Assembly: GCA_964057225.1 (NCBI GenBank)
Contig: OZ059897.1
Coordinates: 11,284,001 to 11,348,000 of the forward strand
Direction of reading: 5' to 3'
Length of the DNA: 64,000 nucleotides
Source of the DNA: Auanema rhodensis
Taxonomy: Eukaryota > Animalia > Nematoda
Shown here in pieces: positions 11,893-22,800 of the stretch. How positions within the stretch are numbered: position 1 is the first letter of the stretch; every line of letters begins with the position of its first letter. The position numbers and the translations under genes are program-made. The notes under the pieces were generated by a model. That model ran no database searches and was not told the DNA's origin. It saw only the letters and a list, made by a program, of their open reading frames with translations.

Positions 11893-14800
11893 ATGAGACC
11901 ACATGAGCAATCAAACAGAGATTCAACTCTGGAAACGCCTAATTTAATGGCATCTCCAGAGTTGACCAAAAACTTAACAAAAGTTCTAGGCAGTCCACAC
12001 TGCCCCAAATACGATGGTAGCCGAAGCTTTCGATCGTACATCGATATATTTAACCGATTTGCGAATGCTGCGGGACTTTCGGTAATTGAAAGAATTTTTC
12101 TTCTTCCTCTGCTGCTTCAGCAGAATGATTCTGCGATCTCTGCATATAACTCGATTCCTTCCGAAATTCGTGAACGAGGGCCTTGGAAAGACCTTGTTTC
12201 ACAATTGGCAGAGTTACTTTGCCCTGCCACGGAAAGGAATTTCACGATCGCGAAGTTGCTACGCTCGACGCAAGGAGAGAAAACTGTTACTCAGTTTGCC
12301 TCATACTTGGAAGAAATGGCTTCCAGTATTATGAGCCCAACTGATCGAGAAAGAGAGCTCATATTAAGATCAGCTTTCTTAAATGGATTGAACGCTGATT
12401 TAGGCATAATTGTTCAAGGAAAAGATCCGAAGACTTATGAGGAAGCAAAAAGGACAGCACGTTTTGAAGAAGCAATTCGTGCTAACTATAAAAAACAGCA
12501 TGAAGAAAACTCAACTATGCAAGAGTTGATCTCTGCAGTTCAGAAGATCACCATGAAGGAAAATAGGAACCAAAGGAACCATCAGCAGCCACGAGATTTC
12601 GAACGGAACAATGGCAACAATTCAAGAAACCCTTGGAAGAATTTCAAAAATAAATTCAGCAGGAACTCTGGCCCTCGACAAAATTATGGAAACAACTACT
12701 CAATGGAGAGTAATCACCATTCGAGAGAACCTCGCAACAATTATCAAAGAGAAAATCGAGACAACTTTGCCAGGAATAATCGCGACAATTATCCAAGAGA
12801 GAATCAAGGCAATCAAAGACGATGGAAACCTCGATTCAATATAAATACTATTGCATTACCATTCCTGCTCACAACAATAATCTGCACATTTCTGCTTCCC
12901 ACTGTGAATGCTTCATATCAACTATGTTTAGCTCATAAAGGAGGAATTCTGATGACACCACCAGAGATAACAGGATGCCAACGGAAAGCAATTCAACAAG
13001 CTCATCAAGTTAACGTTGAATTGTTCATTCCTAAACAAACCGTCGTAACATGGGAAGCGTGGAAGTGTTATACACGCATCTATCGATTATGTGTAACGGA
13101 TCAATTTTGGTTCCGAGAAAGCAACGACACCATCATTGGTAATGGATATGTATCTGTAGAAGAATGCCGTATAGCTGCTCGAGACAAGAAATGGAAAAAT
13201 GAAAAACTGTTGAGCGCTAATCCACTTACATATGAAGCTCCTAAGCCAGTATATGAACCGGAACGTTTCTTCAGTTTTACTCAATGCGCCAACTTAACTC
13301 AATTTGTGATGGAGCGAGGAGTTATTACAAATTTAAAGGACAATACTATTGTATCTGACTTAATTGTCAACGCCGAAGGCTGTAAAGCTCAAATGGGAAG
13401 CTGTACATTTGGAGATGGTTCAGTAGTTTGGAAACCACCCACACCCCGAGCACCATGCCAATACACACGTATTGGACCTCTGTATGGAATACTTGGAGAT
13501 CAAACACTGCTAATATCAAGTCTAGAAACAGCACTTGTCTTAGCCAACACCTCAGCATCTACTACAACTCAATCTTGTTTTTCTTCACCAATTTTTGAAT
13601 CCACTACTGAGACTCTTGTCTCGTTTATTGATTATCCGCATGCATATTCTCTACTGGATCTAACAAGTTATTTGGATAATCAAATGGATCCTTCACGCCA
13701 ACGCTATAAACGTTCAACAAATTCATCCTTAATTGCGTCATTTCGCTCAGAAATGGAATATAAGTTAACTCCTATTCAAATATTGGATCTACCGTTTGCT
13801 AGATATACTGTCACGTCTGGCGGAAATACCATACGATATATTCATAACTGGTATCACTATCAATCAGTTAGCAACGAATATCAGAACCTGACTGTTATTG
13901 CTCGATATCATCAATTTTTGCTGTCAGCTGTCCATATTTTGAACATTACTGATCATACTATAGATTACTGGGCAAATTTAAAAGACTTCCGCGATCCGAA
14001 TATTCTCTTACTACATGCTCTAGGAGGAGAAGAAAGCAAGATGATTACAAAAATGTGGATAGAACAAATGGAGCCTAGTTTTGTCATCGGTCAACTAGCA
14101 CACCGACTTCCTCTCAATTATATAAAAAGAATAGTTAAACCAGGCAATTCTACAATTTTGGTTGCAAGAGATAAATTATGGGAATTGATACAAATACCTG
14201 CAATCTTATCCGAAACAGAATATGTGCCACCACTCGAATTTTTGATATTCACAGTATATCAAAACCATCTCAACTTCACATTTGGAGATCCACGTTCTGT
14301 GGTATATAAAGCAAAAGAATTACTTCGTGAACTACGCTATCAGTATTCTCAACCTCAACTGATAGAATATTATCGAATGAAACTGTTCTTTCATAGTCAT
14401 TTTATGCAACGACAAGTGAAAGATCAAGTATATGAAATGAAATTAAAGCTGTTGGATAACTGGACACTCAGAAACCGAGAAACCATTTTTGGAATACCGA
14501 TGCCTTCGAATAAAGAAGATCTCTACAGCCGTAACATCAATATTGACGCTAAACAATTAACTGATTTATTGTCATGGTTTTCAAAACCAGCACCTGAAGA
14601 GATTACAAAAAGAGTATTCAGTCGCTCTATCACCACTAAAACTACGCCAACTGCACGATTTCTTAGTGCTACCTCAAAACCTGTTGTAAATACATCATCT
14701 ACTACAAAACAAACAATTAGTACTATTCAAGGGATGACATCAATGCAACCCATGATTGGAAGCATAGAGAAAGCTCAAGAATTATTCGGCACTCACTTAA

Positions 14801-16779
14801 CTGATCACCAGAATACTATACTTCGACATCGAGATGCATTAACTACCATCAACAAACTCAACTATGGATTTGAACGAATGAGAACCATACTGGTCGAAGA
14901 ATTTCATCATCAACATCACAGCATATGTCATGCTCAACTTGAACTTATTAAGACATGGCAAGCTATATTTAATATCAATCCTACGATTGCTATCAGATCT
15001 ATTATGCAACGAGATGATATAGTGGCTCGAATAATTGGACGGAATCTTATTCGGGTTTCAACCTGTCAGCCAATAGAACCAATTCACATTTATCGCAACC
15101 ACACATACAAAGATAAGTGTTATTTAGAAACACCCGTCATCACGGATGATGACCGCCTCTACTTTGCACCTCAAGATTCAGCAGATTTGGAAGCATATGG
15201 AACTGAAATTCCATGTGAAACAGTAGAAAATGATATATGGAAAGAGGATGGAGAATGGAAATCCCTCAACGGAGTTACAAACGTAACTGCTTTAAACATT
15301 GGTTCAGATCAGTATCCCGATCTAGCAGCCATTCGATTTTCACAAAGAAATCTTTATGAAAATATCACCGATGAAAACTTAGTTAGAACAATAAGCCTAA
15401 CATATGGACACATTTTCGCTACCAATCCTCATAGAAATTTTCTACGAGTTATCACGAATCAAGCGAATTTGCCAGGCTTATCAGAATGGTTTACAAAAAG
15501 TAACGAACTTTTTAGTTCTACTCAAAATATTGCATCATCACTATGGGAACGAGGAGTTGATTTCTTTGCTGGATCCCTCAACAGAATGTTTATCTCTGCA
15601 GGTGTTATGATAGTTATATTAATCTTTGGATCAGCATTATACATTATTGTTGTATCTTATATCAAAGAGAAAGTTCCTATCTTAAATGTGAATGCAGTTG
15701 AACAACACGAACTACTCAACGCTGACATCGATGTTCCAGCCGACGACGAAACTATTCGAAGATATTTTCCTACTGTCATCACTTTTATTCCTATTATTAT
15801 ACCTTTTGTTGGATGCTGTGCAACGAACAAAAGAGAACTCCCATATATAAGAATCGAAGCAGAAGGCAGAGGACTCGTAGCTTTATGGGATAGCGGAGCA
15901 TCTGTTTCATATTTGAAGGAATCATCAGTACGCTATTTAGGAAAAGAGAATTTCAACTCAACTAAAATCTCTGCCACCGCAGCAAATGGATCAATATTCA
16001 ACTTTCTGGGTACAATAACGTTGGACATTGTTATTGCTGGATACCATCTTTCACACACATTTTTAATCTCTGAGGATAAACATTGTCCTACTGAAATGTT
16101 ACTTGGTTTGGACATCATGAAAGCATTAGAAGAAAAAGGAATAACAACTTCTCTACAAGCTCTACGCAAGCAATTAATAGTTGGAAACCATTTTCTACCA
16201 TTATTATCCGCTAACCAGAAGAGCTTTCGCATCAGTTCAGACACCGTTTCAATTATAAACATTAGAGAATCTATTATTCCACCCCGAACTAAAGCTATGA
16301 TTCATCTACAATTGGCAAAAGAACTACAACCAAAACAATACGCTCTTATACGATGTGGAAATGGACCTATTCAATTCACACCTACTGCTATCAAGACTTC
16401 ACCACTCACAATATTCGCCATCAATACAGCAAATTATGAGGTGAAGTTAACAAGAAACACCATTATTGGAAAAGGAAAAATAGCAGAAGAAATTGGAATC
16501 CCACATATACCAGACTATATTCCACCAGAAGCTGATTGGTCAGATAAATTGCCTATTTTTGAGAAGAATCCTTTCGATAACTTAAAATTCGAATCAACGG
16601 ATCTATCTAAAAATCAACGTCAAAATCTCAAAACTATGTTGAGAAGATTCAAAAATGCTTTTTTTAACGAAGATCGGAACATTGGATTATTCAAAGGACC
16701 AATAGAACATTCAATCACTTTGAGAACCGATATGGACCTGCCCAAATCTCGATCATATCGAGTTCCTTTGGGTAAGTGA
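11893..16779 (+). CDS. Gag-Env-protease polyprotein
   Basis: Capsid-like PKYDGSRSF...FLNGL; signal-like IALPFLLTTIICTFLLPTVNA; Cys-rich ectodomain; furin site RYKR; TM helix; aspartic protease ALWDSGAS. Frame is open from 11650, first ATG at 11893. Confidence 0.88.
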   Translation: MRPHEQSNRDSTLETPNLMASPELTKNLTKVLGSPHCPKYDGSRSFRSYIDIFNRFANAAGLSVIERIFLLPLLLQQNDSAISAYNSIPSEIRERGPWKDLVSQLAELLCPATERNFTIAKLLRSTQGEKTVTQFASYLEEMASSIMSPTDRERELILRSAFLNGLNADLGIIVQGKDPKTYEEAKRTARFEEAIRANYKKQHEENSTMQELISAVQKITMKENRNQRNHQQPRDFERNNGNNSRNPWKNFKNKFSRNSGPRQNYGNNYSMESNHHSREPRNNYQRENRDNFARNNRDNYPRENQGNQRRWKPRFNINTIALPFLLTTIICTFLLPTVNASYQLCLAHKGGILMTPPEITGCQRKAIQQAHQVNVELFIPKQTVVTWEAWKCYTRIYRLCVTDQFWFRESNDTIIGNGYVSVEECRIAARDKKWKNEKLLSANPLTYEAPKPVYEPERFFSFTQCANLTQFVMERGVITNLKDNTIVSDLIVNAEGCKAQMGSCTFGDGSVVWKPPTPRAPCQYTRIGPLYGILGDQTLLISSLETALVLANTSASTTTQSCFSSPIFESTTETLVSFIDYPHAYSLLDLTSYLDNQMDPSRQRYKRSTNSSLIASFRSEMEYKLTPIQILDLPFARYTVTSGGNTIRYIHNWYHYQSVSNEYQNLTVIARYHQFLLSAVHILNITDHTIDYWANLKDFRDPNILLLHALGGEESKMITKMWIEQMEPSFVIGQLAHRLPLNYIKRIVKPGNSTILVARDKLWELIQIPAILSETEYVPPLEFLIFTVYQNHLNFTFGDPRSVVYKAKELLRELRYQYSQPQLIEYYRMKLFFHSHFMQRQVKDQVYEMKLKLLDNWTLRNRETIFGIPMPSNKEDLYSRNINIDAKQLTDLLSWFSKPAPEEITKRVFSRSITTKTTPTARFLSATSKPVVNTSSTTKQTISTIQGMTSMQPMIGSIEKAQELFGTHLTDHQNTILRHRDALTTINKLNYGFERMRTILVEEFHHQHHSICHAQLELIKTWQAIFNINPTIAIRSIMQRDDIVARIIGRNLIRVSTCQPIEPIHIYRNHTYKDKCYLETPVITDDDRLYFAPQDSADLEAYGTEIPCETVENDIWKEDGEWKSLNGVTNVTALNIGSDQYPDLAAIRFSQRNLYENITDENLVRTISLTYGHIFATNPHRNFLRVITNQANLPGLSEWFTKSNELFSSTQNIASSLWERGVDFFAGSLNRMFISAGVMIVILIFGSALYIIVVSYIKEKVPILNVNAVEQHELLNADIDVPADDETIRRYFPTVITFIPIIIPFVGCCATNKRELPYIRIEAEGRGLVALWDSGASVSYLKESSVRYLGKENFNSTKISATAANGSIFNFLGTITLDIVIAGYHLSHTFLISEDKHCPTEMLLGLDIMKALEEKGITTSLQALRKQLIVGNHFLPLLSANQKSFRISSDTVSIINIRESIIPPRTKAMIHLQLAKELQPKQYALIRCGNGPIQFTPTAIKTSPLTIFAINTANYEVKLTRNTIIGKGKIAEEIGIPHIPDYIPPEADWSDKLPIFEKNPFDNLKFESTDLSKNQRQNLKTMLRRFKNAFFNEDRNIGLFKGPIEHSITLRTDMDLPKSRSYRVPLGK
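12850..15663 (+). other. Class III-like envelope glycoprotein domain within the polyprotein
   Basis: YQLC..P....C, WKC, VEEC, C....GSC....GSVVW...C and ICH...INPT...RDDIVA....STC....CY...PV patterns; many N-x-S/T sequons; C-terminal TM. Confidence 0.75.
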
Positions 16780-19345
16780 AGTTGAACGTCAAGTAAAAGA
16801 AATGCTGGACCAAGAAGTAATAGAAACATCAACATCAAGTTTTACAAGTCCAGTCGTCTTAGTCAAGAAGAAAGACAACTCATTCCGCTTTGTAACGGAC
16901 TTCCGTGCACTCAATAGTGTCACACAGAAACAGACTTATTCTATTCCTCATATACCAGAAATAATCGACAGCACTGCAGGAGCTCGATACTTCACAAACA
17001 TCGATCTCGTATCGGGATTTTTTCAAATTCCTTTACGTGAAGAAGACCGTCACCTCACTGCATTTGTGACCTCATCAGGAGTTTATCAATATTGCAGAAT
17101 GCCGATGGGTCTCTGTGGAGCTCCACATACATTTCAATCAGCTGTTCGCTATTTGCAAAATCAAGTAAAATGTCGACTTTTTGTTTATCTGGATGATCTA
17201 CTCATTATATCAAACACAGCTGAACAACATCTGGAGGATATAGAAGAAGTGTTACAAGCTTTACAAGGATTAGGAATGAAAGCAAAACTAAGTAAATGCA
17301 AATTTGCAGCTACACAAGTTAAATTTCTTGGATTTATAATTGGTCGTGATGGAATACAACCTGATCCATCAAAAATTACAGCCGTTAAGAAATTTCCAAC
17401 TCCCAAAACGGTCACCGCTATTCGTTCATTCCTTGGAATGACAAATTATTTTCGGCGATTCATCAGAGACTACGCCAAAATAGCCGAACCGTTGTATCAA
17501 CTCACACACAAGGATCAAGATTTCGAATGGACGGAAGAACGTGAAAAAGCATTCGAGACTCTCAAGAAAGCTCTATGCACAGCACCAGTTCTGAAGCCAC
17601 CAACAAATGGAGCACCTTTTGTTATTGAAAGTGACGCTAGTACTATTGCAATTGGAGCAGTCTTACTACAAGATACAGGAAATGGATTACACCCTGTTGC
17701 GTTCGCAAGTAGGAAGCTCTCACCTACAGAAAGAAAATACCCACCTATCGAATTAGAAGCTTTGGCACTCGTCTACGCATTACAACAATTTCGCACATAT
17801 GTTTTAGGCACGTCAACTAAGCTAATAACGGATCATCGACCACTAACCAGTCTAATGAGTAGAAGAGATCTTATTGGAAGACTAGCGAAATATCAGTTAA
17901 TGATCCAGGAATATGATATTGTGATTATGTACCGTCCAGGACGTATGAATAGTGTATGTGATGCACTATCCAGATACATAGGCAACGAAGCTAACGATGG
18001 TCCTAAACCGAAACTACAGAAGACAACGCCAACAACAAGTTTAACGGATATCCAAGAAACCATCAACTATCTCATAAATGTAACCAATGTGGAAACTCTG
18101 GATACCGACAAACTAATTCAGTTACAACAAGGAACACCATGGATTAAGGAAACTATTGCTGATATGTTAACGGAACAACCTAAACAGATTAATAGCGATA
18201 GATATATTGTTATCGACGGAGTTTTGCATGCTCGACCTAACAAACAATATCTTACTCCAAGGATTATGATTCCAAAACAAAAGACATTGAATCAAGTACT
18301 TGTGAAACTTTTTCATGAAGACGCAAGAATTGGAGCGCATCAAGGAATCAAAAGAACACATGCAGCATTATCAAGAAGATTCCATTGGACAAATATGATG
18401 GAAGATGCGAAAGAGATCGTCAGCCAATGCCTGACATGCGCAAAAAGGAAAATAAATCAACATGATACAACGAGAGAACCATATGGAAAGTTTGTTACCC
18501 CACAAAAACCATTTGATAGGATTCATATGGATGTGACAGGACCTTTTTCCCCTAGCACTAATGGATTTAAATATATTCTTTCTATTCAAGATGCTTTTTC
18601 GAAATGGATAACGAGCATACCTTTACGCACACAGAATGCCGAAGAAACAGTCCGAAAGTTCCTGACGAATTTCGTCTTCATTTTTGGACCACCAGTGAGC
18701 ATCGTGTCTGACAATGGAGGAAATTTTATATCTAAAGAATTCAAGTTAATGTGCAACGAATTTGGAATTGTACAAACCTTCTCTCTGCCATATCACAAAA
18801 ATACAAACGGTCAAGTGGAACGACTACATCGAACCATCCAGGAATGTTTATCCACTTGTGCTGAAAACCGTGTCTCTCAATGGGCCTCACAATTACCTAA
18901 AATCACATTCGCGTTAAATACAATCCCAAGTACAACTACCGGAATCAGCCCATACATTGCTTTATTTGGAAGAGACGCACGCCTACCTATGGACCGTCAA
19001 TTACCAGGACAACCTCATCTAAATTCTCCTGAAGATGACGAATTATTGGAAAGAAATGACAACCGGAAAAATACCTGGGATTCTATTCAAGAAAAAATTC
19101 AATTAAAATCAATTGAACAACAAAATCGGCTGAATAATAGTAACCGAATAGCATCACGTATATTTGAAATAGGTGAAATGGTACTATTAAAGGATATGAC
19201 GGTTCACGGCAAATTGCGACCCACTTATAATGGACCGTTCAAAATTACAGGCGTATACAACTCATATGTGGAATTGGAAATGAGTCAAGGAAAGATGAGA
19301 AAAGTACATAAGGATCTCATCAAAAAGCTTGCTACAACATTATGA
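16778..19345 (+). CDS. pol: Pol: reverse transcriptase, RNase H, integrase (+1 frame relative to upstream ORF)
   Basis: SPVVLVKKKD, DFRALN, DLVSGFFQ, MPMGL, YLDD; ESDAS, TDH, DALSR; HHCC, HMD/SDNG/VER, GPF. Confidence 0.95.
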   Translation, partial: EVERQVKEMLDQEVIETSTSSFTSPVVLVKKKDNSFRFVTDFRALNSVTQKQTYSIPHIPEIIDSTAGARYFTNIDLVSGFFQIPLREEDRHLTAFVTSSGVYQYCRMPMGLCGAPHTFQSAVRYLQNQVKCRLFVYLDDLLIISNTAEQHLEDIEEVLQALQGLGMKAKLSKCKFAATQVKFLGFIIGRDGIQPDPSKITAVKKFPTPKTVTAIRSFLGMTNYFRRFIRDYAKIAEPLYQLTHKDQDFEWTEEREKAFETLKKALCTAPVLKPPTNGAPFVIESDASTIAIGAVLLQDTGNGLHPVAFASRKLSPTERKYPPIELEALALVYALQQFRTYVLGTSTKLITDHRPLTSLMSRRDLIGRLAKYQLMIQEYDIVIMYRPGRMNSVCDALSRYIGNEANDGPKPKLQKTTPTTSLTDIQETINYLINVTNVETLDTDKLIQLQQGTPWIKETIADMLTEQPKQINSDRYIVIDGVLHARPNKQYLTPRIMIPKQKTLNQVLVKLFHEDARIGAHQGIKRTHAALSRRFHWTNMMEDAKEIVSQCLTCAKRKINQHDTTREPYGKFVTPQKPFDRIHMDVTGPFSPSTNGFKYILSIQDAFSKWITSIPLRTQNAEETVRKFLTNFVFIFGPPVSIVSDNGGNFISKEFKLMCNEFGIVQTFSLPYHKNTNGQVERLHRTIQECLSTCAENRVSQWASQLPKITFALNTIPSTTTGISPYIALFGRDARLPMDRQLPGQPHLNSPEDDELLERNDNRKNTWDSIQEKIQLKSIEQQNRLNNSNRIASRIFEIGEMVLLKDMTVHGKLRPTYNGPFKITGVYNSYVELEMSQGKMRKVHKDLIKKLATTL

Positions 19346-19402
19346 AAATTTTGGAAACCTTATGCATACCTGTGAGGACACAGGACTTCAAGAGCGGTAG
19401 CA

Positions 19403-19803
19403 TGTTATACTTTATAATTCTTTACTTTATTCTTTCTATAATTTTTATGTATTTCTTTATTCTGTGTTTTATATTTTATATTTTATAATTCTAGTTTCTT
19501 GTCTTAGTGTATTATGTTATCAGTTATATTTTGCAGCCTCAGCATTTTCTGAGATAGTTATAATTGTCATTGACAACTTATAACCTTTCGTGGAAAATGC
19601 TGATAACATTCGCTATATAAGCTTGCCATTCAACTGAATCTTCAGCTGGCGGACTTATCTTTATCTTTATTTGTTTATTGTTTAAATGCTTTTTATTTAT
19701 AATAAATCTTTCTCTCTTCCTCAAATCTTATTGTTTCTTTTACAACATATCAATCTAAGGGTCAATAACATGGAACATTAATATCCAAATAATGGATATT
19801 ACA
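19403..19803 (+). repeat. 3' LTR
   Basis: TGTTATAC...ATTACA, preceded by a purine-rich AAGAGCGGTAGCA. Confidence 0.93.
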
Positions 19804-22800
19804 CCCAAAATGGCCCTCCTTGGTTGTGCATTTTTCGCATGAATTGGCGTCTATACAACTTTCACAAAATTTGTTATACACAACCATATTGGGCCATTGT
19901 TCATCTGCATATTCATGAACATTTGTACCGTTTTTTAACACAACCGTTTCAAAGTCATAAAATATAATCTTAAACAAGTAAGCATTACACTTGTAAAGAT
20001 GTTAAATACAAACCTTGTATTTCTCTTGCCTCTTTTTTAACTGATCCTTCTTCTTGTCGTTAGGTGGTACCCAACAACAAGAATGATCTTCAGGCTTTGT
20101 CTGGCCACACTTTTTGCAAAATTTCTCATTGCAATTGTGCGGTCTATCAGCACGTACTCTGTGATAATGATCACAGTTTTCACATGTCTGAATTTAGTCT
20201 TGTTAAATTTTATATATATTTTTTAAATTACCTTAAACATTCGACATGTTTTTCTAATATGCCTGTCAAAGCATTGACGAGTTTTAAACAAAACTCTACA
20301 ACTATCACATCTTATGCTACTTTCAACCACATTTTCCATCGAATTACATTTTAAGGTGTGGCATTTCTTACACTTGGCTTTACATCTATGCAACACTGTT
20401 TTGTAAGATAATTTACAGTGTTGGCATATAATACCATCAAAAAACTGTGATCTACTACAAGTTGTAATACAGTCATAATGATTATTTCGGTAGCCTAGTG
20501 TTACCACTTTGCTAGCCGTTTCATTAAAGATACGCTGAATAGCGTACATACGCTGTCCAGGTGGCCTACCGTATAATACAAACTTATAGTCTGTATTACA
20601 ACTTGCAATAATATTTAAATGATTCAAATTATAATTTGGTAAATGTACAGAAATACCACACCTATTTAATAAATTGATATGATGTGGTTGATTTGGCAAC
20701 AAGATGTAGTTCCGACGAAGATTTTGTATCCTCCGCTTTTCAACAACATCTTCTGCTGCCTCTTCATCGGCTTTCCACATTCCCACAACTGCTGCTCTAG
20801 CCAGGCAATGTGTATCAGTGTTCTCAATTGTGCCAGGTATTTTGAGTTCGGCATCAAAATAGAAACCAACTCTACCTTCACCAGGCATCAGGCTTGGCTG
20901 CACCGGTCTTTCATCAAACACATACATTTCAATATTCATTGCCTGGCTAATTACAGCCTCTCGCTTTGATTGCTGCACCTTGCTGATGGCATTCATGATG
21001 GCAACGCCATCCAAATGCTCCCTTCTACGGAAATCCATAAATATGGATCCCTTTTCAAAGGATGGGTGCTCTATTGATAAACAAAACAGTGCTTTTTGTT
21101 TATCTGGCACACCACTTTCAGCAAGGCACCGATCAAGAAACTCATTAAATAGCCGCGGCATGACAACATGCATTGGCTCATTAATGGCTTCCAAATGTGG
21201 GAACGTGAGCGATCTAACGACCACGTTGGTGAACCGACCAGTTCGTTTTATGCGTCGGTGTGACCACTATAATACACACTTTTTATAATGGTTATACGCT
21301 TTTAATTTAAATATAAATAATTTTTGTTTATAACTTTTAATAAATTTACTTTTCTTTAAATTATTTTTATTAATGTTTAAAAATAAATGGCATTTGATTT
21401 TTAAATATAAAGTTTTTTTTTTCAACTTTGAAAAAACTTTTATAAACATTTGTTAATGTTTAAAAATAAATGAAAAGGTCAAGATTGTGTTTTATTATTT
21501 TACTAGTTCAAAATGTTTGAAATATTTATAATTTGTAAGAATTCAAAATCGGTTGAAAGAAAGATAGATGAGGAAAGATAGATAGATAGTGAGATGAAAT
21601 GTAAAGATTTTAAAATGAATGCTGTTCAAAAGAATGAATATGTAAATTTCAAAATACTTGCAATTTATTTGATAAAAGATATAGATTGAGATGAAATGTA
21701 AAGATGAGAGAGAGAGAATTTTATGAATGCAATTGAAAAAGAGAAATAAATTTCAAAATGTTTTCAAAATATGCAACTGGAGCAAGAGAAAATTTCATGT
21801 TTCAAAAGATATATTATGAAATGATATGTAAATAAAAGATCGCACCTCTATTTTACAGACATCGTTGAAAGCCGCTCCATATCCGACTTGCCCTCCACTG
21901 GTTGATGGGGTAGCGGGATCCCATTCTCTTAAAAAGAAAAAACTAATTGTTATAATTTTTAATATCGCTTACTCATCACTGTCATCCAAGGTTATTACTT
22001 CAATAACCCTTGATGATGAGGGCCCACTGTTAAAAGTGGGTGATGTGGGCTCACAGAGCTCGATCCCACCAGCCTCGGTAAACTTTATACGTTTACTAAA
22101 AAACAAAATATATATAAAGATTCAAAATTGTGTTAAATTACCTGAGCTGATTAATCTCTTCATAATCAAATCCTAGCTCTTCACATAAACGTTTATAACT
22201 GAAAAAAGAAAAAGTTTACAAACAAATAATCAAAAAGACACAACCTATTAGCAGCCATTGTACCTTGATATAATGAATATATCAGTCTACACATTGCTGT
22301 TGGCATTGTAATTTGTTATGTAACATGGATTTGGGTACAGCTGTCAAAACTAGTAGTTGCGATAAACTTTAAAATAAATAAGCTTATTGAATACATCTGT
22401 TTTTATTGTCCCCGTCGGATTAATTTTTGTTATTAGTTCTTATTAAATTAACTTTATGCGTTTCATTGAGGTCAGCGCAACTGTTTGTTAATCTTATTGT
22501 ATTTACCTTCAATGTGTGCTCTATTTAGTTATTGTATTGTTATATTAGTAAAATAAAGTTAAAAACTAATCTTTTATTATAATTTGAAACCTTTACTTGT
22601 TAGAATAAATATAATTAATAACAATTTGTAATTTCAAAAATTAATAATAATTTAATGTCGTTCTTATCGAATTAACTTTCGATATGTGTTCCATTAAATT
22701 TTGGTATTTCATATCGTTCTTATCGAATTAACCTTCGATATGTGTTCCATTGAATTTTGGTATTTCATATCGTTCTGATCGAATTAACCTTCGATATGTG

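Larger units (their letters stand above)
10425..19803 (+). mobile_element. Ty3/gypsy (Metaviridae-like) LTR retroelement with envelope gene
   Basis: Two 401-bp near-identical LTRs, PBS, domain order Gag-(Env)-PR-RT-RNaseH-IN. Confidence 0.95.
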
